Shown in pieces: positions 49,950-62,953 of a stretch of DNA of 64,000 nt. Position numbers and translations under genes: made by a program. Under the pieces are notes generated by a model that saw only the letters and a list, made by a program, of their open reading frames with translations, was not told the origin of the DNA and made no database searches. This stretch comes from Mobula hypostoma (taxonomy: Eukaryota), in NCBI RefSeq assembly GCF_963921235.1, contig NC_086097.1, positions 125,180,001 through 125,244,000 of the forward strand, read 5' to 3'. Numbering within the stretch: the first letter of the stretch is position 1; every line of letters starts with the position of its first letter.

Positions 49950-51020
49950 CCGAAACATGCAAAATGCTGGTGAAACTCAGCAGGTCAGGCAGCTTCTTTG
50001 GGGTGGGGGGAATGAACAGTTAATGTTTCAGGTCGAAGCCCTTCTTCAAGCCTGGAAAAGAAGGGGACAGAAACCTGAATAAAAAGGTGTGGGGAGGGGA
50101 AGGAGTACAAGCTACCAGGTGATAGGTGAGACCAGGTGATGGGAAAAGGTGGGTGGGGGAGGGAGAATGAAGTAAGAAGCTGGGAGGTGATAGGTGGAAG
50201 AATTAAAGGGCTGAAGTAGGGGTTAGTGGACCATAGAAGAAAGAGGGGAACTGGAGGATGGTAATGGCAGGTGATGAGAAGAGGTGAGAGAGTAACTAGA
50301 ATAGGGAATAGAAAAACGAGAGGAGCAGGGAAGAATAAAATTATCAGAAATTAGAGAAATTGATGTTCATGCCTTCAAGTTTGAGGCTTCTCCCGATGGA
50401 ATATGAGTTGTTGGTCCTCCCACCTGAGCTTGGCCTCATCGTGGTAGTAGAGGAGCCATGGATAGACATGTTGGAATGGGAATTAGAATTAAAATGGGTG
50501 GCCACCCAGAGATCCTGCCTTTTACGGTGGAAAAAGCGAAGGTGCTTGCTGAAGCAGTCTCCCAATCTACATCGGGTCTCAGTGATGTAGAGAAGGCCTC
50601 ACCAGAAGCACCAGATACAGTAGATGACCCTAAGAATCCAGCAGGTGAAGTGTCACCTTCACCCAGAAGGACTGTTTCGGGCTCTGAATAGTGGTGAGGG
50701 AAGACATGTAGGGGTAGGCATAGCACTTGTCACACTTGCAGGGATAAGCACCAGGAGGGAAATTAGTGGGGAAGAGTGGGGGGACAAGGGGGTCACATAG
50801 AGTGCGATCCCTGTGGAAAGCGGGAGAGGGAGAAGGGTAAGACGTGCTTGCTGAGAGGATCCCGTTGGAGCTGGTGGAAGTGACGAAGAATAATGTGCTC
50901 AATACAGTGATGTGTAAGTAAGGGCAAGCAGAACTCTACCTCTGTTACTACAGTGGGAGGATGGGGTGAGGGCATGTGTGTGGGAAATGGAGGAGATCCA
51001 GCTAAGAGCTGCATTAGTGG
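49950..51020 (-). mobile_element. Penelope-like 3' fragment (linker, GIY-YIG and UTR), degenerate
   Basis: PGAYPCKCDKCYAYPY..LTTIQSPKQSF and GDCFSKHL...VATHFNS; homologous to 41381-42470. Confidence 0.87.
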
Positions 51021-52255
51021 AGGTTTGCTGTCTTGTCAAGTAATTATATAGGTGCTTGCTAAAATGTGTCAAACTCTTTGTGTTTAAATGGCTTTGAGCA
51101 AATAAAGCATCAGCATTAAGGCAAGGTAGAGAATTCCAGCATCTGTTGTGTTAAGAGAATTCAATAACCTCATTCACACCTGGATCTATACAACGCTGAG
51201 ACAGCAGTGCATAAATTAAGAGCTGATTGGGGCGTAGTTGTTTTGCGTTACAACATTACTGGAGTATTACTTTGTTGAAACTGACATTTAAAACTGGGTG
51301 TCTAACAAAGCAATTTTTCATTTGAGTTGATGCTTTAAAGTTGGGAGTGGAGGTCTGGCACCCCAAAAAAATCAAATAAATCGGATAAAATGTATGTGTT
51401 CTGAGATTTGGGGTGGCAATCCTACTGATGGTCTAACAGAATTTTGAAGTTGTAGACTTGCATGATATTTCCTGCTTAAACACGAGATTCTGCAGATACT
51501 GGAAATCCAGAGTAACATACACAAAGTGCTGGAGGAACTAAGCAGCTCACGCAGCATCTACGGAGGGGAATAAACTGACGACGTTTTGGTCTGAGACCTT
51601 TCATCAGGACTCCTGCATAATCTGTCTGAGAGAACATGTTGAGGAAGTATGCTTGCATCTGAGGGACACAAGGGACTGTAGATGCTGGAATCAGGAGTTA
51701 CAAACAATCTGCTGGAGGAACTATGTGGGTTAACAGCAAACTTTGGGGCTGGGGGAAGAAATAGTCAATGGTTCAGATTGAAACCCTGAATCAGGACCTC
51801 AAGCAAATTGTCTGAACCTTGTATCTAATCAAGGAGGCTAAACTGTTTACAATAGGTCCCCAAAAAAATGGGCAGTGTAGATTTTGGTGAGTAAAGATTT
51901 TTTTTAAAGATTAGCTTTAATTGCCACATGTATATCAAAACATACAGTGAAATGCGTTGTTTGCATCAAACTAAATCAGTGAGGATTATACTGGGCAGCC
52001 TGCAAGTGTCGCCATGCTTCTGGCACCAACATAGCATGCCCATGGCTCAGTCATCTTGACCGTGCCTCTTTGGGACGTGGGAGGAACCCGGAGCACCCAG
52101 AGGAAATCCACATGGTGATGGGAAGAATGTGCAAGCTCCAGGCAGCAGTGGGATTCAAACCTCATCAGTGACCACTGTGTAATACTGTTACACTACCGGC
52201 TATGATAAAAACACATTCTTGATTATCTGAGCACACCTGTAGGAACCGGTTTTGC

Positions 52256-53030
52256 TCAAGTTCAAGTTCAAGTTTATTGCCATTCAGCCATACACATTTA
52301 TACAGCTAAACGAAACAACATTCCTCTGGGATGAAGGTGCAAAACACAGTATGTATAATTTCACATAGAGCACATAAAATAATATTGATACAATAGTATT
52401 AACAGATAATTTAAAAAAATCTGTAGATGTACAAGTTGACAGTTGTTTATACATTTAACATACAGTTAAATGTATAACAGTATAATGCTGCTGGAGCTGT
52501 CATCAATAGTATGTACTGGGTGGTAACAGGGTGTTCAGAAGCTGTTAACCAGCATACCAGTCTGTGTTCTTATATTGTGGTACCCGCTGCCTGGCAGTAG
52601 GAGGGTAAAGAGATTGTGGGTTGATGGGAGGGGTCTGTGTCCTGGATGGTGGGGGGAAGAGATCCCAATGATTCCCTCAACAGTCCTCAGAATCCATTGC
52701 AGGATCTTGCAGTCAGATGCCTTGCAATTCCCATATCAGAGAGTGACGCTGCTGGTCAGGACACTCTTGATGGTGCTCCAGTGGAATCTGGGGACGGGGA
52801 GCCTCACTCACCTCAATCTCCTTAGAAAGTGGAGATGCTGCTGTGCTCTCTTTACTAAGGAGATAGTGTTGAAGGACCAGATGAGATCATCGGTGATATT
52901 CACCAGAAACTTGGTGCTCCTGATTCTCACCATTGATGTGCAGTAGGGTGTAGTCAGATTGCACTTTCCTGAAGTCCACAATCACCTCTTCGGTCTTGTC
53001 CACATTAAGACTCAAGTTGTGTTGTGTTCA
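52256..53030 (-). mobile_element. Rex/L2-type LINE 3' part
   Basis: (aagttc)n tail plus tttatt at 52256-52278, with RT C-terminal remnants on - (VDKTEEVIVDFRK). Confidence 0.7.
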
Positions 53031-56000
53031 CATCACAGCACAAACTGTTGTTATCTGCGTGTATTGTTGCAATGCAAAAGTTGCTGGCGAACTTTCTGAA
53101 GAAGTGGAGACTTGACTTTTTAAAGCGCCATTTAGCAAGCAAATCACTTACGGACAGTGTGCAAATGCTCTGGCAAGAAAATCCTTCATTACCTGCTACA
53201 GGCCTGCTTCGTATGTATGTGAAAGTGCAAATGAATGAGAGTGAAAATGACCAAACACAGAGGAGATCAAAATTCTTATTGACCGTGTTAAAATAAATAT
53301 TTCTACATATAAAATTCAGTGCACACAGGTTGTTGTCACTGGGCAAAAAATTGTGCAGCACAAGATTGTTGCGCACGCTGGTCATTAGAACTTAGAGGGA
53401 ACATTGGAAGTAACTGTATTTGGGTCTGGTGGTCCTGGTATGGTTGTGGCATAGTGTTCTCCCTGATGGAAGTGGAGTGGCTCATGCTGTGTAACCCCCA
53501 AGGAGAAATGATGCTGGTTACTACCAGGACAGCTGTTGCGGAGTCTGTACCCTGCAGCGGCTCTGAAGATATCAAAGACAACGATATCCCTGGAGCTCTT
53601 CCTTTTTCTTGCATCTAGCAGGATCCGCACTCTGTCTGATTTATAAGCCGAACTTGTAACATAGTCTCACCTTTGTCCACTTTTTATTTCTGATATTCAA
53701 GAGCTTGTTTTTTATCAAGATGGCGCCATTATGCAGTCTCTGTCAAGATCGTGGCTCAGATTTAATTGTTTTCTTAAGTTCTTAGGGATGATTTTGGGAA
53801 CAGAAAGGGGAGTTAGGAGTCAGATTAGCATTTAAGGACAGGGATGTGGAGGAGTTAGAGGGCATATTAGGGGTTAGGAACACGGATGTAGAGGAGTTAG
53901 AGGTCAGGCCTTCGCTCTACACTCCACATTCCACATTCGAAGTTCAGCGATGTAAACGGATGATGAAGAACATCCGTGGATGTCAGGCTGTCCCAGTCAG
54001 TGTGTCCCAGGATCAGGTTTCCACGCGAGCAGATGGCGCAAGGGACTGGAGTTTTTGAGGCATCAGCTAGTCCAGGGATCGATACCAAAGATCAATCAGT
54101 AGTCCAGAAGTCGAAGTCCAATGGCTGAAGCCTGGAGACTGGAGTCAGGAGGCTGGTCGTGGAGTTGGAGAACTGTGTGTGAGTTTGAGAGGAAAGAGGT
54201 TGTTACGCTGTTGTTATTTTGTTGCGTGTGTTCTGTGTTGTTCTCTGAATGTTGCGGGCATGCTATGTTGGCGTCAGAATGTGTGGTGACACTTGGGGAT
54301 GCCTCCAGCACATCCTTGGGTTGTGACCACAGACGACATAGTTCACCGTATGCTAAATAAATCTGAATCTGACTGCAACCTGGCCCGGCAGTGGTGGGGC
54401 TGTGATGAAGAACTCGTACAAGTCACTTTTCCTCCTGCCTGCAGCCACCAGCTCATACTGACATTGCACTAGTTAGCACTGTGCTGAGAACCACAAGTGG
54501 TGAGATGTAGACTTGAGTGATCTCCAGCCAGGGTAGTAGGAGGGCTACCCTAATGGGTGAGGTTGCACACAAATGAGGGTGCAGGGCATACCAGCGGACA
54601 CTGCAGTGGCACAACCTGCAGGTAAAGCACCAAGTAATGGTTAGCACATTGGGAATCCTGCCAGAAACCATCTTCTCCAAATATACATCAGGATCCAGTA
54701 CCAACTTGACAATGCTTAGCTGGAGGAATGGATCCAGAAGCTAACTATAATGCAGTGTCAGTTGGGTTATACCAAAGCCGTGGCTGTGGTATGCAATATC
54801 GTGTGTGCTGAACTGCTGAACTCACTCCTCCACAAAGGATTGGAGGGTGTTGCAACAATCATGAAACCTTTCATCCAGCAGATACATAGCAGAAGGTTGG
54901 CATGGTAGCACAGTGGTCAGCAAAACATTTTTACAATGCCAGCGACCCGGGTTCAGTTCTGCTGGTGTCCGTAAGGGATTTGTATGTTTCCCCTGTGACC
55001 GTCTGGCTTTCCTAGTTACTTATGAAACTAATTGAATTCCTATTATTAAGTATTATGGTTAACCTCAATTTCAGTTACAGGTCATTATGTCTACAAACTC
55101 AGATTCAACCCCAAAAATACATATGCAACTTAACTCCTTTCATGACAAATCTCCAACATCACAACTTTTAAACAAAGTAAATCTCATTCAGTCACTTATC
55201 AAAGTTCTTGCAAAATAATCAGTTCTTCCAGAAAATCAAATTCAGATCCTTCGAATGAGAAATAAGATTATACATCCAACCGTATTAAATCCTCTGTGTC
55301 TTGAAACATTTCATTCCTGCACTGGTTCTTCGATCTTGAGTGGTTCACCATCTTGTTTCTTGGTTCGTTGGGATGATGCCGTGGGTCAACCATGCAAAAT
55401 CGATTCACAATACTTACGTAAAAAAAAACCTGACCTGTATACAACAGGGTTACAATCTGCAAGTTCTTACACGCATTCTATTTTCTATTTCAAAATCACT
55501 CAGTATCACATTGCCATTTCCAAACATTTCTCAGTTTCAACACTACTGAACGTAGTTCACACTCAAATTATACACTTGGAATAGTAAAAGTGTTTTAACT
55601 CACCAAATCCCTTTGTATGGTTTAACAGAACTAATTCCCGGTTACACGGTAGAGATCTTGGACACTACTCTGCCAATATCATCTCGCAATATCTGCTGCT
55701 CTTTATAGCCATAGCTTCAATAAATGTTTTATTGATATCGTTTCTCATCCGGGGTTTCACCCTGAGAATTTCCAGTAAGTAGGATATAGATGCTAACTCC
55801 TAATTCCACTTTTAACAGATTTCATCTTTAGTTAGTTTCTGTAGTTTGCCACATTTCTGTCACTTGTCCGCCACTCGTCAGCCATGCTCATTCTCGCATC
55901 GCTTTTTTTCCAAGTTCTCTTTTTTTTTCAGTAAACCTCGTTTTCATCCCTCCACAGGTGGAGCTTTCTAACATTACATCTTTGGGTTTAATTAACCTGA

Positions 56001-56749
56001 GTTACAAGTGGATGCGTGTTTGATTGCAACATTTAAGAGAAGCTTAGATAAGTTAATGAGTTGGAGATTCTACAGATGGTGGAAATCTGGAGCAGCACAC
56101 AAATTGCTGGAGGAACTCAGCAGGTCAGGCAGCTTCTATGGAGAAGAACAAACAGTTGTTGTTTTGGGCTATGAAGGGTCTCAGCCTGAAACATCGACTG
56201 TTTATCGCCCTCCATAGATGTTGCCTGACCTGCTGAGCTCCTCCAACATTTTGTGGGTAAGTACATGAATGGGAGAGGTATGGAGGACTATGGTTCAAGT
56301 GCGGGTCAATGGAATTAGGCAGAATAACAGTTCAGCACAGACTAGATGGGCCGAAGAGCATATTTCTGTGCTATACTGCGTTATGATTCTATGATAGCTT
56401 TTGGACTCTTAAAGGATGGAGGTTGGCAGTTCTGATGTAAAACTACTTGCCTATAGTGGAGATGAGGACCGCTCTCTCATGACCGAGGTTCTGAAGAGAA
56501 CAGAAGACCACCATAAAGTTTGATGCTTGCTTGACTAAGCAAGATTAAAGATTCAAGTTTAGTTATCACTTGTCCATCAAAACATACGGTGAACTGCGTC
56601 ATTCGTGTTAGCAAACAACACAAATGAGTGTGTTCTGGGGGCAGCCTGCAGGTGATGCCACACGTTCTGGTGCCAACATAGCATGCCCACAATGCCCGGC
56701 AGAACAACACATAACACAACAATGCAGAATACAGCAAAACTTCTCACTC

Positions 56750-58930
56750 TATTGTGCTTTTTGACTGTCTTGCACAGTCTCCCTATGTGACCTTGCCTAT
56801 GACACTTGCTGCAGCCTTTTCTTTTGATCCAACGGTCATTTGCATCATGGGAGTATCTGCCACATCGATGACATCTCTGGGTTTTTGCACCATTCAGGGA
56901 CATTTTGTGCATTTCGCATTCTCACCTTTTCTGTAGTTCCATTGCATCCAATGGTCAATACCTGTTCTAAGGTTAGGTCTCTTTTGGACAGTAGCCTCTT
57001 TTGAATGCTTTGACAACCATGGCTAACGTAAGTCATAAGAGAAGACTGAAGCAGGGCTGCGGTCACCCAAACCAAAAAATGTGTCACAGCTCAGGTCATA
57101 CTTGGGCCTTGTAAACAATAACCACCGGCTTCTCCCAAACATTGCTATGGTGCTGCATCCATTGAACACACTGTTACAGACAGCAGCAAGTAGGAAGATG
57201 TGAAAAAGCATTCAAGGAAAACAAGAGACTAATAACATCAGATGAACTGCTCACCCATCTCTGCCCATCAGACTGGCATGCAATGTGTCCCCTTAAGGCA
57301 TTGGAGCTGTTTTGTCACACATTATGGAAGATGGATCTGAATGGCTGATTGTGATTTCTTCAAGATCACTGACGAGCACAGAATGCAACTGTGCACAGAT
57401 TGACCGAGAGGCCCTAAGTCTAGTGTGGGGAATAAAGAAGTTCCAACACTACCTCTATGGACAGAAGTTTACACTAGTGACAGATCACCAGCCCCTAGGG
57501 CTTTCAATCCTAGGAAGGGAATTCCAGTGTTGACTGCTACCTGGTTACAACGTTGGGCATTTTTCCAAGGAGCCCACTGTTATGATGTGGAATTCAAGGG
57601 TACCAAACAATACAGCAATGCTGATGGCTTGTCACGTCTTCCACTGCTGGCAATTAAAGGAGAAAAGTCTTCATACTGTGACCCAGCAGAAGTGTTCCAC
57701 ACCTGGTAGACCTGTAGCCGGTAACAAATTCCGAAACACAAAGGGAAACAAGGAATGACTCAACATTGTCAAAAGTCTATGGAATCACAATGCAAGGAGG
57801 GTCAGCTCATGGTAAACCTATGTTTCCAGAGTTCTCAACAAGACAAGACCACCTGTCCATATGTCAAAGAATGTTGATGTGTGGCTCTCATGTTGTTGTG
57901 GTTCCCTTTAAACTGCACACCAGAGTGTTAGAAAATCTGCATGAAGGACACCTGGTACAGTCAAGATGAAGCACCTCGCCCAGAACTACGTGTGGTGGCT
58001 GGAAGTAGATAAACAGATTGAAAACTTGGCCAAAAGCTGCTTGGGATGCCAAAAAGTTCAAAATACACAGGCATCACTACACCAGTGGGAGTGGCTGTTG
58101 TCACCATGGCAAGGAGTACATATTAACTTTGCTGGGCCATTCATGGACTCCATGTTTCTGATTGCTGTGGATGCCCATTCGAAGCGGCCGAAGGTTATAC
58201 CAATGAAGTCAACTTCCTCAGCAAGGACTGTCTCCACTCTGAGGACTATCTTCACCAGAAGTGGCTAACCTGAACTTCCTTTTGGAACTCTGTTCATGCG
58301 ACAACAAATCAAACACCTGCAATGCTTTTCACGAACAGGAATCTGAGATCTCGCATAGTCCTCCTGAAACCAGATCTATGGAGGGAAGTGCAGAATAAAC
58401 AGTTCAGCCAGCTGCCAAGTGAAGCAGAAAGGAGCTGTGAGATTGGACAGGAAGTCTGAGCACATGAATACTGAGAAGACAAGTGGACATCCAGTAGGAT
58501 AGCTACAAGAACTGGACCGCTGATGTACACGGTGGATGTTGGAGACCTGACACATGTGGACCAGATACTGGGTGCTCAACTGAAGAACACATCTGAGTCG
58601 ACTGCATCCAACAAGACGGACACGTTACAGTCACCGGATTTACCTCTCTGTGGTGATGTCACTGACAGCAACGTGACACCGGAAACCGTGAAAGTTGTCT
58701 TGGACAAGCCACCTGCCAAACCTGATACCACTCCACTGGTCCAGAGGCGCTATCCTGAAAGAAACAGAGTGCCAGCCAAGAGACTGAACCTTTAGAACTG
58801 TGAAGTTAGTTATGGACTGTTATTGTGAAAGCGTGTTTATTTGGAATATGGGTTTATGAAAGGGAAATTTAATGTTTTGCACATAAACAGTTTTATATTG
58901 CATTAATCTAAAGGGGGAGGAAGCGTAATG
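56750..58930 (+). mobile_element. Degenerate Gypsy/Ty3 internal region: gag remnant on -, RNase H and integrase on +, PPT
   Basis: Minus: IQKRLLSKRDLTLEQ and CHRCG..H / CSKCHRQGH. Plus: AQIDREALSLVWGIKKFQHYLYGQKFTLVTDHQP, NADGLSRLP, LHEGH...WW...C..CQ, PWQGVHINFAGPF. Polypurine tract aaagggggaggaa at ~58910-58922. Confidence 0.88.
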
Positions 58931-59374
58931 TATGGATCTATTTCTTTTAGAGCAATGACACCCCCCCCCCCAGCACTACATATTGAGCTGTTGTCTATGG
59001 CATGTGCATTTTCTCCCACAGTCCAAAGATGTACCGGTTAGTAGGTTAATGGGCCATTGTAAGTTGACCTATGATTAGGCCACTGTTAAATACGTGGGTT
59101 GCTGGATGGTGCGGCTCATTTGGCTGGAAGGGCTGCCCCACACTGTGTCTCTAAAGTAAATAAGAGTGAGGGGAGAACGATTTTAAAGGGGAATGGATGG
59201 GGAGGTTTGTCACACAGAAGGCGGTGGGCATATGGAATGAGCTGCCAGTGGAAGTCATAATCATACCTGCCTTCATGATGTTTCAAGATATTTGGATAGG
59301 TAATGTATAGGGGAAGTGTAAAGGATTATGAGCCAAATGCTAAGTTAGATGGGCATTTTGGATGGCATGGACAA

Positions 59375-60200
59375 TCAGAATTAGAATCAGGTTTAATATC
59401 ACCCGCATATGTCATGAAATTTGTTGTTTTTGCGGCAGCAGTACATTGCAATACATAATAAATTCTGTGAATTACAGTAAAAAAAAATATGTAACAGTTA
59501 AATTAAATAAATACTGCAAAACGGGTAGTGAGGTAGTGTTCATGGGTTCAATGTCCATTCAGAAATCTGGTGGTAGAGAGGAAGAAGCTGTTGCTGAATC
59601 ACTGAATGTGTGCCTTCAGGCTCCTGTACCTCTTTCCTGATGGTAGCAATGAGAAGAGGACACATGCTGGGTGATGGGGATCCTTAATGATGAATGCTGC
59701 CTTTTTGAGGCATCGCTCCTTGAAGATGTCCTGGATGCCAGAAAGGCTAGTGCCCATGTTGGAACTGACTGAGTTCACAACAGTCTGCAGCTTATTTCGA
59801 TGCTGTATGGTAGCCCGTCCCCCCGCCATACCAGACAGTAATGCAGCCAGTTAGAATGCTCCCCACAGAATATCTGTAAGAAACTTCTATGTGTCTTTGG
59901 TGACATACCAAATCTTCGCGAAATTCCTAATGAAATATAGCCACCATCGTGCCTGCTTTATAACAGCATCAATACGTTGGCCCAGGATAGATCCTCAGGA
60001 ATGTTGACGGCCAGGAACTTGAACTTGCTCACCCTTTCCAATTCTGATCTCTCTTTGAGGACTAGTGTGTGTTCCCTTGTCTTACCCTTTCTGAAGTTCA
60101 CAATCAGTTCTTTGGCCTTACTGAGGATGAGTGTAAGGTTGTTGCTGTGACACCACTCAACCAGCTGATCTATCTCACTCCTGTGTGCCGCCTCATCACC
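59375..60200 (-). mobile_element. Rex/L2-type LINE 3' part
   Basis: (aatcag) tail; CLKKAAFIIKDPHHPACVLFSLLPSGKRYRSL. Confidence 0.8.
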
Positions 60201-61014
60201 ATCTCATTGGTCCGGAGGGCCTGTTCCAGTGCTCTCTGTCTCTGTGACATTATACCATTGGAGAGGCTCTTTCTGAAGCTGAATCTGTATTCGGTATATG
60301 ACACTAACCAAGAGAACTGCAGAAAATGCTCTGCTATTATAGATTAAACATTAGGTTACTTTCATTTGTCACATATACCTTGAAACATGGAGTGAAATGT
60401 GTTGTTTGCCTGAAATAAAATCAGTGAGGATTGGGCTGGGCAGCCCACAAGTGTCAGCACACTTCCAGTGCCAACATAGCACGCCCACAACTCACTAAGC
60501 TTAGCGTAAATTTTTGGGATGTGGGAGCAAACCGGAACACCCGGAGGGAAGACAGGCAGTCACAGGGAGAACATACAAACTCCTTACAGACAGCAGCAGG
60601 AATTGAACCCTGATTGGTGATCACTGGATGGTGCTGAAAAGCGGCGTGTTAACCGCGAACGCTACAAGGAGATTTGATAGAGGTGTACAAAATTATGAGA
60701 TATGGTGGGGGTCCTTGATGATCTTTGTTTGATTTCATTGTGGTAATATGGTGGTATCTGACTCTTGGCTAATATTTTCTCTTGTTAAGATGACATCAGG
60801 CCATGATTAAATTCTTTATTGAGTTAGTTGGCTGACAATAGTTAAAATGAAATTAGGAGAGTTACATAAATGACCAGATCATTAAAGAAACCGCTGAGTG
60901 TAATGTAAGGTTTTTATTACATGTCAGCTCTGAGCTCATCTCGAACACTGATTGGACACTAATTTTAGGCTCTGTGTGGTTTGTTATTTTTTAGCTTGTT
61001 GGTAATGGCAAAAA

Positions 61015-61475
61015 CACTTTGAATTTCTGGGGTAACACACAAAATGCTGGAGGAAGGCAGCAATAATGAAGGGGAATAAACAGTCAACATTGCAGGCTGA
61101 GACCCATCATCAGAACTGGAAAGGAAGGGGGAAGTGGCAGGAAAAGTAGGTGTGGGGGAGGGGAATTTCAAGATGGCAGGTCATAGGTGAGACCAGATGA
61201 GGGCAAGGTGGATAGGAGAGAGAGGAGATGGGTGGAAGAGGTGAAGGAGTGAAGAATGAGAAACTGATAGGAGAGGAGAGTGGACCATGGAGAAAGAAAA
61301 CGAGAAGTGCACCAGAGGGAGGTGATAGGCAGGTGAGGAGAAGAGAAGGGGTAAGAAGAGAGCCAAAATAGGGAATTGAAAAAGGGAGAAGGGGAGGTAG
61401 GAGAAATTACCGGATGTTAGAGAAATTGATGTTCATGCATCAGGTTGGAGGCTACTCAGGCGAAATATAAGATGT
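61015..61475 (-). mobile_element. Penelope-like 3' fragment
   Basis: Terminus, decayed hammerhead (61081-61118), purine-rich UTR and an MNINFSN end. Confidence 0.82.
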
Positions 61476-62953
61476 ATTTGAACAGGTTCAGGCCACAAGT
61501 TACAAAGGATAGCCACTTGTGCAAAGTACTGCAAGTGAGCCTATCATCCATCAATGCAAATCCAGTTAAGAGGCAATGCTGCTTTTGTTGAATTTTCTTT
61601 TTCACACTGTATTTCATAACTATGTTCATTCCTTGATGATGTTTAGCTTAGGCTGTTTCTCCTTGAATACCAATGTAAATAATACCAATGAATACCAATA
61701 TTCATTTACTGTTCAATGGTTAAGATGGAAAGGGTGTCACTGCCAACCCCAATTCTGACCGTGATCAATCATTTAGAAAGTTTTATAGCAGGGGAATGCT
61801 GGAAAGGGGAACAATTTTTTTATGATGTCTTTTGTATTGCCTCAAGATTGCCAAGAGCTACCATTTCAGCTAAGATGGCTGAGAGTCTGAGACTGGGAAA
61901 TTCAGCAGCTGCTGAGAGAATAAAGTTACTGTACATAATCAGCAAGAGGAGGGGAATAAATCGTTCATCTTAGAATAGTCTCTATTTGGGGCAAAATTTG
62001 TCTTTGCATGTTAGCGTTACACCTATGAGAAATTATCAGTTCCACACAATTAGTTCCATTGATTTTGACAAGTGCATCCCATTGACAAACATAGAATATT
62101 ACAGCACAGTACAGGCCCTTTGGCCCACAATGTTGTGCTAGCCTGTTAATCCACACTAAGATCAATCCAACCTCTCCTGTCCACAGTGATCTCTATTTTT
62201 CTATCATCCATGTGCCACAGGCAATCATACCGTGAAATGTGTTATTTGTGCCAATGATCCACACAGTCCAAGGATTGCGTTAGGAGCTGCCTGCAAGTGT
62301 CGTACTTCCAGCATCAACATAGCATGCCCACAACTCCCTAACCTTAACCCATGTGACCTTGGAATGTGGGAGGAAACCGGAGCACCTGGAGGAAACCTAT
62401 GCAGATACAGGGAGAATGCACAAACTCCTTACAGACGGTGGTTGGAATTGAACCCCGATCTTACAGCTGGTGCTGTCCTAGTTAGGTCCAAGGAGTATGG
62501 CAAAAATGAAAGATCGGGGTTCAAATGCTTTTTTATCACCACTACACTTTAATCAAGTAATTATAATTGAACATGGACGTACACCACCTCATCATCCTCT
62601 GAGATTCTATCAACAACTGATGTCACTTGCTAATTTATAGGAGGCATTTGAGCTCTGCTTAGTTACACTGTCATACAAGTCATATAAGCTACTGAAATTT
62701 GAACTCCACTCTATATTCCTGATTCCTTGACTCCTGATGAAGGATCTTAGCCTGTAATGTCAACTGTTTATTCCCCTCCATAGATGCTGCCTGACCTGCT
62801 AAGTTCCTCCAGCAATTTATATCGGTTGCTCCGGATTTCCTGCATCTGCAGAATCTCTTCTGTTTTAGTGGTAATTGAAAGTAATTTACTTTGGATTAAT
62901 TTTGGAAGTACATTTTCTGATAACTTGTTTTTGTCTCTCTCTTGTCTTATTAG

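Noticed and set aside
62784..62953. N-terminal part of the 204-aa ORF as coding sequence
   Set aside because: It is a PLE terminal repeat plus intron sequence. GRHL similarity starts only after the acceptor at 62953.
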